This document shows positions 8,929-16,869 of a stretch of 64,000 nt of DNA, piece after piece. Both the position numbers and the translations under genes were made by a program. The first letter of the stretch is position 1. The number at the start of each line of letters is the position of its first letter. The notes beneath the pieces were generated by a model. It did not search any database. It saw nothing but the letters and a program-made list of their open reading frames with translations, and was not told where the DNA came from. The DNA comes from Treponemataceae bacterium (GTDB lineage Bacteria > Spirochaetota > Spirochaetia > Treponematales > Treponemataceae): positions 11,282-75,281 of the forward strand of contig JAZRVO010000021.1 of the NCBI GenBank assembly GCA_045599185.1, in the 5' to 3' direction.

Positions 8929-10935
8929 TTGGCACTCACCCTAGCAGAAAAAATCTTGCAGGCGCACATTGTTGACAGCGCAGAAAAGTTTACGAAAGGT
9001 CAGCCAATCACACGTGGCAGCGACATTGCCATTCGCATTGACCAGACCCTTACCCAGGATGCCACCGGTACAATGGCTTATCTTCAGTTTGAAACCATCG
9101 GCATTCCACGCGTAAAAACAGAAGTTTCGGTTTCGTACATTGACCACAATACATTGCAGACCGACTTCAGAAACATGGACGACCACCGCTACTTGCAGTC
9201 TATTGCTGCAAAATACGGCATTTATTTTTCTCGTCCGGGCAACGGTATCTGCCATCAGGTTCATCTGGAACGTTTCGGCGTACCCGGCAAGACATTGCTT
9301 GGTTCAGACAGCCACACGCCAACAGGCGGCGGAATCGGCATGATTGCAATTGGTGCAGGCGGTCTGGACGTTGCAGTAGCAATGGGCGGCGGTGCATTTC
9401 ACCTTGCCATGCCTAAAGTTTTCGGCGTTAAATTAACCGGAAAATTGCAGAAAGGTGTTGGTGCAAAAGACATTATTCTTGAAGTATTGCGCAAGGAAAG
9501 CGTTAAAGGCGGCGTTGGTGCCGTTTACGAATATTTTGGCCCAGGCGTTGAAAGCTTAACGGTACCTCAGCGCGCCACAATTACAAACATGGGTGCAGAA
9601 TTAGGCGCAACATGTTCAATTTTCCCTTCTGACGAAGCAACAAAAGCATTTTTAACGGCTATGGGACGTGTAGATGCATGGAGCGAACTTAAAGCCGACG
9701 AAGGTGCCGTATACGATAAAATCGTTGAAATCAATCTTGACGAACTGGGTTCAATGGCAGCCTGTCCGCATTCACCTGATGCAGTACAGACCATTGCAAG
9801 CCTTGCAGGCAAGAAAGTTACGCAGGTTGCAATCGGTTCTTGCACAAACAGTTCGCTTGACGACCTTGCAGCCGTTGCCGCAATTGTAAAAGGCAAGCAC
9901 GTTGCACCCGGCGTAGAAGCCGGCATTGCACCGGGAAGCCGCACCACACTTATGATGGCAGAAAAAGCAGGCATTCTCGGTGAACTGATTCGTGCAGGTT
10001 TCCGCATTCTTGAAAGTGCATGCGGTCCGTGCATCGGTATGGGTTTTGCACCAAACAGCGAAGGCGTAACGCTGCGCACATTCAACCGCAACTTTAAAGG
10101 CCGCAGCGGTACGGCAGATGCTTCAGTTTACCTTGTTTCGCCGGAAACAGCCGCAGCTGCAGCAGTTACAGGCGTTATTACAGAACCAAAAACATTGCAG
10201 TTTGAAAAATTAATCGGCGAAGGCAAGACAATGCTTTCTGGCGAAGCTGCCGTGCTGAACAAAGACCAGATTCTTAACTTTGCAAAAGACGACGGAATGC
10301 TTATTGCTCCGCTCAGCATGGAAGAAGCAGCAAAAGTTGAAATTGTACGCGGTCCTAACATTAAACCGTGCCCGGCAACAGCAGAAGCTGCCGCAAAATT
10401 AACATTGCCAGTGCTTTTAAAAGCAGGCGACAACGTAAGCACCGACGACATTATGCCGGCAGGTGCAAAAGTATTGCCGTTGCGTTCAAATATTCCGGAA
10501 ATTTCTAAATTTACGTTTGAACGCCTTGATGCTACTTTCTACGAACGCGCTTCGGCACTTAACCCGAAAGGCTGTTTTGTAGTAGGCGGCGAAAACTACG
10601 GTCAGGGTTCTTCTCGCGAACACGCAGCACTTGCACCAATGTACCTTGGCGTTCGTGCCGTAATCGTTAAATCTTTTGCACGCATTCACAAGGCAAACCT
10701 TGTAAACTACGGCATCATTCCTGTTGTTTTTGCAAATCCTGCCGATTACGACAAAATCAGTCAGGGCGATACGCTGGAAATTACAAACATTGAACAGGCA
10801 CTTAAAACCGGCGGCAATTTTGAAATGAAGTGCGGAGCCAACACTTTTGAAGGCACAAACACTCTGGATGAACGCAGCCGCAACATTCTGCTTGCAGGCG
10901 GTTTGGCAGCCTATACACGCAACGGCGGCCAGTAA
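8929..10935 (+). CDS. aconitate hydratase (short, ~670-aa type)
   Basis: 668-aa ORF starting at TTG 8 nt after AAGGAG. Aconitase blocks are present: IDQTLTQDATG, GSDSHTPT, IGSCTNSS, ACGPCIG (Fe-S cysteines), and the swivel domain GENYGQGSSREHAA. Confidence 0.92.
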   Translation: MALTLAEKILQAHIVDSAEKFTKGQPITRGSDIAIRIDQTLTQDATGTMAYLQFETIGIPRVKTEVSVSYIDHNTLQTDFRNMDDHRYLQSIAAKYGIYFSRPGNGICHQVHLERFGVPGKTLLGSDSHTPTGGGIGMIAIGAGGLDVAVAMGGGAFHLAMPKVFGVKLTGKLQKGVGAKDIILEVLRKESVKGGVGAVYEYFGPGVESLTVPQRATITNMGAELGATCSIFPSDEATKAFLTAMGRVDAWSELKADEGAVYDKIVEINLDELGSMAACPHSPDAVQTIASLAGKKVTQVAIGSCTNSSLDDLAAVAAIVKGKHVAPGVEAGIAPGSRTTLMMAEKAGILGELIRAGFRILESACGPCIGMGFAPNSEGVTLRTFNRNFKGRSGTADASVYLVSPETAAAAAVTGVITEPKTLQFEKLIGEGKTMLSGEAAVLNKDQILNFAKDDGMLIAPLSMEEAAKVEIVRGPNIKPCPATAEAAAKLTLPVLLKAGDNVSTDDIMPAGAKVLPLRSNIPEISKFTFERLDATFYERASALNPKGCFVVGGENYGQGSSREHAALAPMYLGVRAVIVKSFARIHKANLVNYGIIPVVFANPADYDKISQGDTLEITNIEQALKTGGNFEMKCGANTFEGTNTLDERSRNILLAGGLAAYTRNGGQ

Positions 10936-10996
10936 AAAACAGCGCAGGTGCTGCACCCTAAAAGCGGCACTTGCGTAAAATGTGCCAGCAGGCTTA

Positions 10997-11041
10997 AAGC
11001 CCCGGACTGAACGAAAATTATTCAGGCCGGGGCTTTTTTTT
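10997..11041 (+). terminator. rho-independent terminator after aconitase
   Basis: AAAGCCCCGG...CCGGGGCTTT stem, extended by CTGAA/TTCAG, followed by T9. Confidence 0.85.
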
Positions 11042-11165
11042 AACTTTTGCAAATGGTTTGGCAGCCTTATTTTATCAGCCGCCGCCAGCCGGGTTTCTTT
11101 ACTTTTCTGCAAAACTGAATAAACACATTCGACCTTTTGAATATTCTGCTGTATAATGGTTTTGT

Positions 11166-12464
11166 ATGAGCCTAAAATACAATCTGGAATTTGACATTTG
11201 CGGAATAATAATTCTTATAGTTCTGCTGGTTATCCTGAACAGCCTTTACTCAAAATCAAAGAATAATCAGCTTTTCAAGCGCTTTTTAATTTTAAGCTTT
11301 CTTTCAGGCGCATTTGACATTATCAGTGCCATAACAATCAGTTACAGCACCCGGCTGCCGGTCAGCCTTAATCTTTTTACCAATTCGGCCTATTTTCTTT
11401 TTGCTTCCTGGGCAGTTTACGACATTTACCTTTACATTTGCACCTGCATTAACTACAAGCCCAAGCGAAAAATTGACGGAACACCAGTCGTTTTTTTAGC
11501 CTATCTGCTTTTGCTTGCAGTAAACCTGTTTACCGGCATTATCTTCAATTTTTCGGACGGAACTTACCAGACCGGACCTTTGTTCCTGCTGAATTTTCTT
11601 GTTCCCCTGTTCTACCTGTTTCATTTTACTTTTCTGCTTACATTTAAATCTGAACTTTTCAGCAAGAAACAGAAAATTCTGAACAGTTTCGTAATTATTC
11701 TGCCGGTTATAGCAGTAATCATTCAAAGCCTTTTTCCGCGCTACCTTTTAACGTTTTTTTCATATTCAATTTTTTCTTTAATAATGCTGTTTTCGCTGGA
11801 AACCCCGGATTTTGAAGAACTGGAATACCTTAGGAAAAATCTTGAAAACGAGGTTGACAGGCAGACTGCCACCGCCAACGAACGCTGGGAAAAAATACAG
11901 ACAATGTCCATGGAAGTTGTAGAAACACTGGCGCAGGCAATTGACGCAAAAGACAGCTACACCAATGGTCATTCGCTAAGGGTTGCAAAATATTCCGTGC
12001 TGCTGGCAGAAAGCATTGGCTGGCAGAACGAAAAACTGGACATTTTGAAACGATGTGCCCTTCTTCACGACGTGGGAAAAATCGGCATACCTGATTCAAT
12101 TTTGCAAAAACCGATGGCGCTTAGCAGGGAAGAATTTGACGTAATTAAAAACCACACTGTAAAAGGCAGCAAAATTTTAAGCAACATTTCTTCGCTGCCG
12201 GAAGCTTCGCTGGCTGCAAGATACCACCACGAACGCTACGACGGCACAGGCTACCCGGAAGGACTGGCCGGCAAGGAAATTCCTGACTACGCAAGGATTA
12301 TTTCCATTGCCGATGCTTTTGACGCAATGAACACAAAGCGCATTTACAGGGACAGGCTTTCCCGCGAGGAAATACGGGAACGGCTTGTGGCAGGAAAAGG
12401 CACGCAGTTTGACCCGGATTTTTTAGAAAACTTTCTTTTATTTGTTGATACGAACATAATTTAG
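11166..12464 (+). CDS. membrane-anchored HD-GYP domain protein (probable c-di-GMP phosphodiesterase)
   Basis: The N-terminal ~200 aa carry about 6 hydrophobic helices. The C-terminal part has HD-GYP motifs: HSLRV, LLHDVGKIGIP, HHERYDGTGYP. Confidence 0.9.
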   Translation: MSLKYNLEFDICGIIILIVLLVILNSLYSKSKNNQLFKRFLILSFLSGAFDIISAITISYSTRLPVSLNLFTNSAYFLFASWAVYDIYLYICTCINYKPKRKIDGTPVVFLAYLLLLAVNLFTGIIFNFSDGTYQTGPLFLLNFLVPLFYLFHFTFLLTFKSELFSKKQKILNSFVIILPVIAVIIQSLFPRYLLTFFSYSIFSLIMLFSLETPDFEELEYLRKNLENEVDRQTATANERWEKIQTMSMEVVETLAQAIDAKDSYTNGHSLRVAKYSVLLAESIGWQNEKLDILKRCALLHDVGKIGIPDSILQKPMALSREEFDVIKNHTVKGSKILSNISSLPEASLAARYHHERYDGTGYPEGLAGKEIPDYARIISIADAFDAMNTKRIYRDRLSREEIRERLVAGKGTQFDPDFLENFLLFVDTNII

Positions 12465-12469
12465 CCCCA

Positions 12470-12580
12470 AAAACTGCGGCAGGCTGAATCTGCACAAAAT
12501 TTGACGTAGCTTGCGCGTGCTGATAGTCTGGTCGGTTATTGCCACAGATATATGCACGCGGAAGCGTTTTGCAAAACAAA
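12470..12580 (-). repeat. divergent member of the structured repeat family (locus 4, tentative)
   Basis: AAACTGCGGCA, then GCTTGCGCGTGC...ATGCACGCG (stem CGCGTGC/GCACGCG around a ~33-nt loop), then the GCGTTTTGCAAAAC palindrome. Order and spacing match the 15.0-kb copy, but sequence identity is only moderate. Confidence 0.4.
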
Positions 12581-12780
12581 ACACTTCCCTTTTGGAAGGG
12601 CTTTTGCCTATAAAAAAGCAGCAGTTAGAGACAGCATAAGCAGCAAAAGAAGTGGTTTAATTTTAAAATTGTTAAATATAAGTTTCTATTTGCTTTTTTT
12701 GTTTATTAAAAGTCCAAAATAGTGTATGTTATAAATGACGAAAAATAATTTTTTGTCATTTATTATTTTATGAGGAAACC

Positions 12781-14190
12781 ATGGCTATTATTAGTGAATT
12801 AATCAAAAAGGCAATAACTGCCAGCAAAGACAAGCTTGCTTTTACGGGTTCAACTGATGAAGAAAAAATGACCTACGGCGAATTTGACGAAGCTTGTGCC
12901 AAAGTGAATGCGCTGCTGCACAAAAAAGGACTTGAAAAAGGAGACTGCATTGCAGTTCTTCTTGGAAGAAACAAGGAATACCTGATTGCACAGACAGCAG
13001 GACTTCTTTACGGATACAAAATCGTACTGCTGGACAAGCATTATCCGCAGGACAGAATTGATTACAGCATAAAGGATGCCGGCGTTAAAGTTGTTATTGA
13101 CGAAGCCTTTATGGAAGAAGCAAAGGGAACTGAACCAGATTTCAATATTCCGCCCCTTACGGAAGATGATTCAACCATTGCAACATACACTTCAGGCTCA
13201 ACCGGCAAACCCAAAGGCGTTCTTCACGATCAGGGCAGCCTTGCAGAATCAGTAGTCCGCTCGGTTTACATGGAAGCACACATGGGTTCGGATGTTGCAG
13301 CACTTATTGCACCGTTTACATTTATTGCCGGCGTATGGATGTACCTTACGGTTTTATGCCGCGGCTGGACTGTTGTAATCATTCCAATGGAAATTGTAAA
13401 AAACCCAAGACGCCTGCCGGAGTTTATTGCGGAACACAATGTAAGCTACACATACATGCCGCCGCGTGTTCTTAAAATCTTCAAGCCTGTTTCTGATTCC
13501 CTCAAAATGGTAATTACAGGTTCAGAAAAGGTTGTAAACATTCATTCAGACAAATTCAGGATTGTAAACTGCTACGGCATGACAGAAACCTGTGCAACCG
13601 TAGTAACATTTGAAATTGACAGGCCTTACGAAAACACGCCGTGCGGCAAACCGCTTTTAAATGATGGCGCCTACATTCTTGATGAAAACGGAAACGAAGC
13701 AGAAACCGGCGAAATTTGTCTTACCGGCCGCTTCCTTAAAGAATACATCGGCTTAAAAGAACAGACTGACGCCGTTAAAATAAAAAACCCATTTAAAGAC
13801 CGTGACGGCAATGAATACATGTACCGCACGAAAGATTTGGGCAAACGCTTGCCAAACGGAATGATTCAGTATTTGAACCGCATGGACTGGATGATTAAAA
13901 TTAACGGCCAGCGCATTGAACCGGGTGAAATTGAAGCTGTTATGAAACAGGTGCCCGGCGTAACGGACGCAATCGTAAAGGATTTTACGAACAGCCGCGG
14001 AAACGTGTTTATTTGCGGTTTTTACATTTCTGCCGACGAAAGTGTTACAAAAGAAGTGTTTATTGAAGCACTTAAAAAAATGCTGCCGGATTATATGATT
14101 CCAGCTTATTTTGTAAAAATGGACGTTTTCCCGGTAAATCAGAACGGCAAGCTTGACCGCTTTGCTTTACCAGACCCGACAACCCTGTAA
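12781..14190 (+). CDS. stand-alone NRPS-type adenylation (AMP-binding) enzyme
   Basis: 469-aa ORF with adenylation cores: A3 TYTSGSTGKPKGV, A5 NCYGMTET, A7 YRTKDLG, A8 NRMDWMIKINGQRIEPGEIE, A10 NGKLDR. No carrier-protein domain is fused or adjacent. Confidence 0.88.
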   Translation: MAIISELIKKAITASKDKLAFTGSTDEEKMTYGEFDEACAKVNALLHKKGLEKGDCIAVLLGRNKEYLIAQTAGLLYGYKIVLLDKHYPQDRIDYSIKDAGVKVVIDEAFMEEAKGTEPDFNIPPLTEDDSTIATYTSGSTGKPKGVLHDQGSLAESVVRSVYMEAHMGSDVAALIAPFTFIAGVWMYLTVLCRGWTVVIIPMEIVKNPRRLPEFIAEHNVSYTYMPPRVLKIFKPVSDSLKMVITGSEKVVNIHSDKFRIVNCYGMTETCATVVTFEIDRPYENTPCGKPLLNDGAYILDENGNEAETGEICLTGRFLKEYIGLKEQTDAVKIKNPFKDRDGNEYMYRTKDLGKRLPNGMIQYLNRMDWMIKINGQRIEPGEIEAVMKQVPGVTDAIVKDFTNSRGNVFICGFYISADESVTKEVFIEALKKMLPDYMIPAYFVKMDVFPVNQNGKLDRFALPDPTTL

Positions 14191-14200
14191 AAATCTTCAT

Positions 14201-14256
14201 AAAAAACGGCTGGTAAAGTACGCAAAATGAAGCGCACCTTGCCAGCCGTTTTTTTA
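14201..14256. terminator. shared terminator of convergent adenylation-enzyme and methyltransferase genes
   Basis: AAAAACGGCTGG...CCAGCCGTTTTT (12-bp stem, large 28-nt loop), flanked by A- and T-runs. Confidence 0.6.
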
Positions 14257-14274
14257 TTCCGGAAATTGCAGGAA

Positions 14275-15027
14275 TTATTTTTTGACAACGTAAACGTACC
14301 TTGCCAGTTGTTTTGAATATTCTTCAAAGGGTCTGTTTACATATTCAGTTTGCCAAACAAGCGTGTCAAACCATTCGCCATTGCCTTCTTTTTTGAACAT
14401 TTCTTCAAATTCCTGCGCAGCTTTTCTTTTGCGGATAAGCAAATCGTAGGATTCTTTTGTTATGTCTTTAACTTCGTAAGGAATGTTTCTGCTTAAAAAG
14501 GCTTTGGCAAGAACGGTGGTATTCGCATTGTCAGTTTTTGGCATTACGTCCCCTTCCTGATACAGCGCAAAAAACGTGCCGCCTTTTTTTAGCCAGCGCA
14601 TAATCTGGTCTACAAACGCCGGCATATCGGGGGCAAAATACATCGTATCCATGGAAGTAACAACGTCAAAAAAACCGGCCGGGTAATCCACTTCGCCAAT
14701 GCAGCCGTGAACAAAATTTCCGTTCTTAAATGAATTTCTGGCTAAGCCAATTGCATTTTCCGAATAGTCAAAACCGTGAATGACGGCACCTGTTTTTTCC
14801 TGCAAATAGCCAAGCATTTTTCCGTTTCCGCAGCCTATATCAAGAATGTGCCCGCCCTGCGGAATATATTCAATTACCCTTTCAATCTGGGCAACGTCGC
14901 TAAATCCATCCTGAGAAAAATCCTGCCCGAATGCCTTTTTACAAAATAATTTGAAGGCTTCTGAATTTTCCGTCATTGCGTAAAACTGTTCATATTCATT
15001 GTAAAAAAGCAAATCCTGCTTGTGCAT
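14275..15027 (-). CDS. class I SAM-dependent methyltransferase
   Basis: 250-aa ORF with motif I ILDIGCGNGK, then the acidic post-I residue (HGFDYS) and the DVVTSMDT block. The annotated ATG lies inside a repeat element; an alternative start is Met18. Confidence 0.85.
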   Translation of the reverse strand: MHKQDLLFYNEYEQFYAMTENSEAFKLFCKKAFGQDFSQDGFSDVAQIERVIEYIPQGGHILDIGCGNGKMLGYLQEKTGAVIHGFDYSENAIGLARNSFKNGNFVHGCIGEVDYPAGFFDVVTSMDTMYFAPDMPAFVDQIMRWLKKGGTFFALYQEGDVMPKTDNANTTVLAKAFLSRNIPYEVKDITKESYDLLIRKRKAAQEFEEMFKKEGNGEWFDTLVWQTEYVNRPFEEYSKQLARYVYVVKK

Positions 15028-15145
15028 CTTATTCTTCCTCTAATTTCCATTGGTTTATGCACAAGACACAGTTTGCTGCCGCAAACTGCGGCATTTTTCT
15101 CTCCCTGCTTGTGCATCTTATTTTTCCTCTAACTTCCATTGGTTT
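15018..15145 (-). repeat. structured intergenic repeat family, locus 2 (two modules plus hairpin)
   Basis: Modules at 15018-15065 and 15107-15145 are 38/40 identical over GCTTGTGCATCTTATTyTTCCTCTAAyTTCCATTGGTTTA. Hairpin CAGTTTGC-TGCC-GCAAACTG lies at 15069-15088. Confidence 0.9.
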
Positions 15146-15157
15146 AAAAATTATAAT

Positions 15158-15232
15158 AGCCCGAATGTTGAGTTTGAAAAATTTATAAACAAGCAACCTT
15201 CTGGCAAATATTTAAAACTCAAAGTTTGGGCT
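15158..15232 (+). repeat. ~75-nt hairpin (MITE/REP-like) element, copy 1
   Basis: The arms AGCCCGAATGTTGAGTTT and AAACTCAAAGTTTGGGCT pair over 18 positions (two G-U, one mismatch). A second copy lies at 47705-47786. Confidence 0.8.
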
Positions 15233-15240
15233 AATAATTT

Positions 15241-15401
15241 TTTATTTAAAATACGGTATTTTAAAGGGAAAAGAATCTTTTTTATTTAAAATACCGTATT
15301 TTAAAGCGGCAAGAACTCTTTTCTTTCAGAAATACTGTATTTTAAACGGAAAAGAACTCTTTTCATTTAAAATACCGTATTTTACACTGGCAAAAGCGGC
15401 C
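15241..15401 (+). repeat. 4 x 40-41 bp tandem repeat, each unit carrying a 21-bp palindrome (putative operator array)
   Basis: Units at 15241-15280, 15281-15321, 15322-15362 and 15363-15401. Palindromes TTTAAAATAC-N-GTATTTTAAA lie at 15245-15265 (perfect), 15285-15305 (perfect), 15326-15346 (17/20) and 15366-15386 (19/20). Confidence 0.9.
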
Positions 15402-15439
15402 TACTTTTCAAAACCGGCGTTGCAACTTACAATATTAAA

Positions 15440-16666
15440 ATGCTTTTAGACAATTTCAATTTTTGCCATGCAGTGCGCGACCCTGTATGGCAGCACATTT
15501 ATTTAACGGAAGAACTTTACCAGACCTGCCAGTCTGCACCTTTTAAGCGCCTGCAAAACATTCGCCAGCTTGGCTCTACAATAATGGTTTACCCCGGCGC
15601 AAGCCACACGCGTCAGGCGCATTCTTTTGGCGTGTATAATACCGCACACAAGCTTTTGCAGCGGCTTTTGCAGCAGGGCGCAGAAAAATGGGTAAGCCCA
15701 ACCGGCGCAATGTCTTTTCTGGCGGCGGCCTTGTGGCACGATGCAGGCCATTTTCCGTACACCCATTCACTTAAAGAACTGCCTTTGCGCGACCACGAAG
15801 ATTTAACCGCAGACATTCTGCTTGCAGAACCTGTAAAAACCCTTATTGCAAAAACCGGTGCCGACCCTCTGCAAACCGCCGCCATTGTAAGCCACCAGCT
15901 ACCGGCAGATGAAGAAACCCAATTTCTCCGAAAGCTTCTTTCCGGCGCGCTTGACCCGGACAAGCTGGATTATCTTAACAGGGATGCCTATTACTGCGGA
16001 GTGCCCTACGGCGTGCAGGACTGCGATTTTATTTTTTCCCATGTTTTTCCCCATAAACAGTACGGAATCGTGCTGGACAGTCAGGCGGTAATGTCTGTTG
16101 AACATTTGCTTTTTTCAAAATATTTAATGTACCAGGCAATTTACTGGCACAAAAACGTGCGCATTGCCACCGCAATGATGAAAAAATGCCTGTTTGCAGG
16201 CTTAAAGCAAAAACAGATTGCGCCGGAAGAACTCTATTCCCTTGACGACGCAAGCATTTTTACCCTTATAAACGGCAAAAACTTTGCAGAAAAAAACATT
16301 GCAGAAGAACTTCAGAACCAGAAACTTTTTTCAATTGTTGCAGAAACGCCGTTTAACGAAGAAAACCGGCTGCACGCCCAGATGCAGCAGCTGGAATACC
16401 GAAGCCAGATTGAAGCAACACTGGCAGAAAAAGGTAAGATACCGGCGCAGAGCATTCTGATAGACATACCGGAAAGTATAAGCTTTGAATGCAACTACAA
16501 GGTTTTCGATTCTTCCGGCAGCGAACAGGAACCGCATTCGGTATTTACGCCGCAAACGGTAAAAGCTTTTACCGGCAATTTGCGCCACATACGCATTGCA
16601 GTAAAGGCAGACACGCCGCAAAGTGCCCAAACGGCAATTGCAGAAGCCTTTTGCAAAATGCAGTAG
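15440..16666 (+). CDS. HD-domain phosphohydrolase, SAMHD1/dNTP triphosphohydrolase-like (COG1078-type)
   Basis: 408-aa ORF with RLQNIRQLG...YPGASHTRQAHSFGV, WHDAGHFPYTH and DPDKLDYLNRDAYYCGVPYG, the characteristic block order of this HD subfamily. Confidence 0.85.
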   Translation: MLLDNFNFCHAVRDPVWQHIYLTEELYQTCQSAPFKRLQNIRQLGSTIMVYPGASHTRQAHSFGVYNTAHKLLQRLLQQGAEKWVSPTGAMSFLAAALWHDAGHFPYTHSLKELPLRDHEDLTADILLAEPVKTLIAKTGADPLQTAAIVSHQLPADEETQFLRKLLSGALDPDKLDYLNRDAYYCGVPYGVQDCDFIFSHVFPHKQYGIVLDSQAVMSVEHLLFSKYLMYQAIYWHKNVRIATAMMKKCLFAGLKQKQIAPEELYSLDDASIFTLINGKNFAEKNIAEELQNQKLFSIVAETPFNEENRLHAQMQQLEYRSQIEATLAEKGKIPAQSILIDIPESISFECNYKVFDSSGSEQEPHSVFTPQTVKAFTGNLRHIRIAVKADTPQSAQTAIAEAFCKMQ

Positions 16667-16712
16667 CTTAAGGCGAAAAACTGAAAAAAAATAATTTTTT
16701 TTTCAAAAGCAA

Positions 16713-16741
16713 TTGACACAAATTAATATATTTTATATATT
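16713..16741 (+). promoter_or_regulatory. sigma-70-type promoter of tRNA-Pro (TTGACA-17 nt-TATATT)
   Basis: Consensus -35 at 16713-16718, a 17-nt AT-rich spacer, and -10 at 16736-16741. The tRNA starts 14 nt later. Confidence 0.7.
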
Positions 16742-16754
16742 CTAAACATCGATT

Positions 16755-16827
16755 CGGAATGTAGCGCAGTTGGTAGCGCGTCTGGTTTGGGACCAGAATG
16801 TCGCAGGTTCAAGTCCTGTCATTCCGA
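16755..16827 (+). tRNA. tRNA-Pro (anticodon UGG)
   Basis: 73-nt cloverleaf folded by hand: acceptor CGGAATG/CATTCCG, D arm GCGC-AGTTGGTA-GCGC, anticodon arm TCTGG-TTTGGGA-CCAGA, T arm GCAGG-TTCAAGT-CCTGT, discriminator A. CCA is not encoded. Confidence 0.95.
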
Positions 16828-16869
16828 TTTTTTTATTTTAAACCAGTGTACTAAAAACATGAACCACAA

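Noticed and set aside
14976-15289. Two overlapping plus-strand ORFs (70 and 79 aa) in the 15.0-15.3 kb intergenic region
   Set aside because: Both read through repeat modules (CASYSSSNFHWF / CASYFSSNFHWF in different frames) and through the hairpin element. They have no SD and no coding-like composition.
8620-15401. CRISPR arrays (the 8.6-kb module array and the 15.24-kb tandem repeat)
   Set aside because: The repeats are not separated by unique spacers of constant length. The 41-bp units are directly abutting, the 8.6-kb modules are irregularly spaced and diverged, and no cas genes are present.
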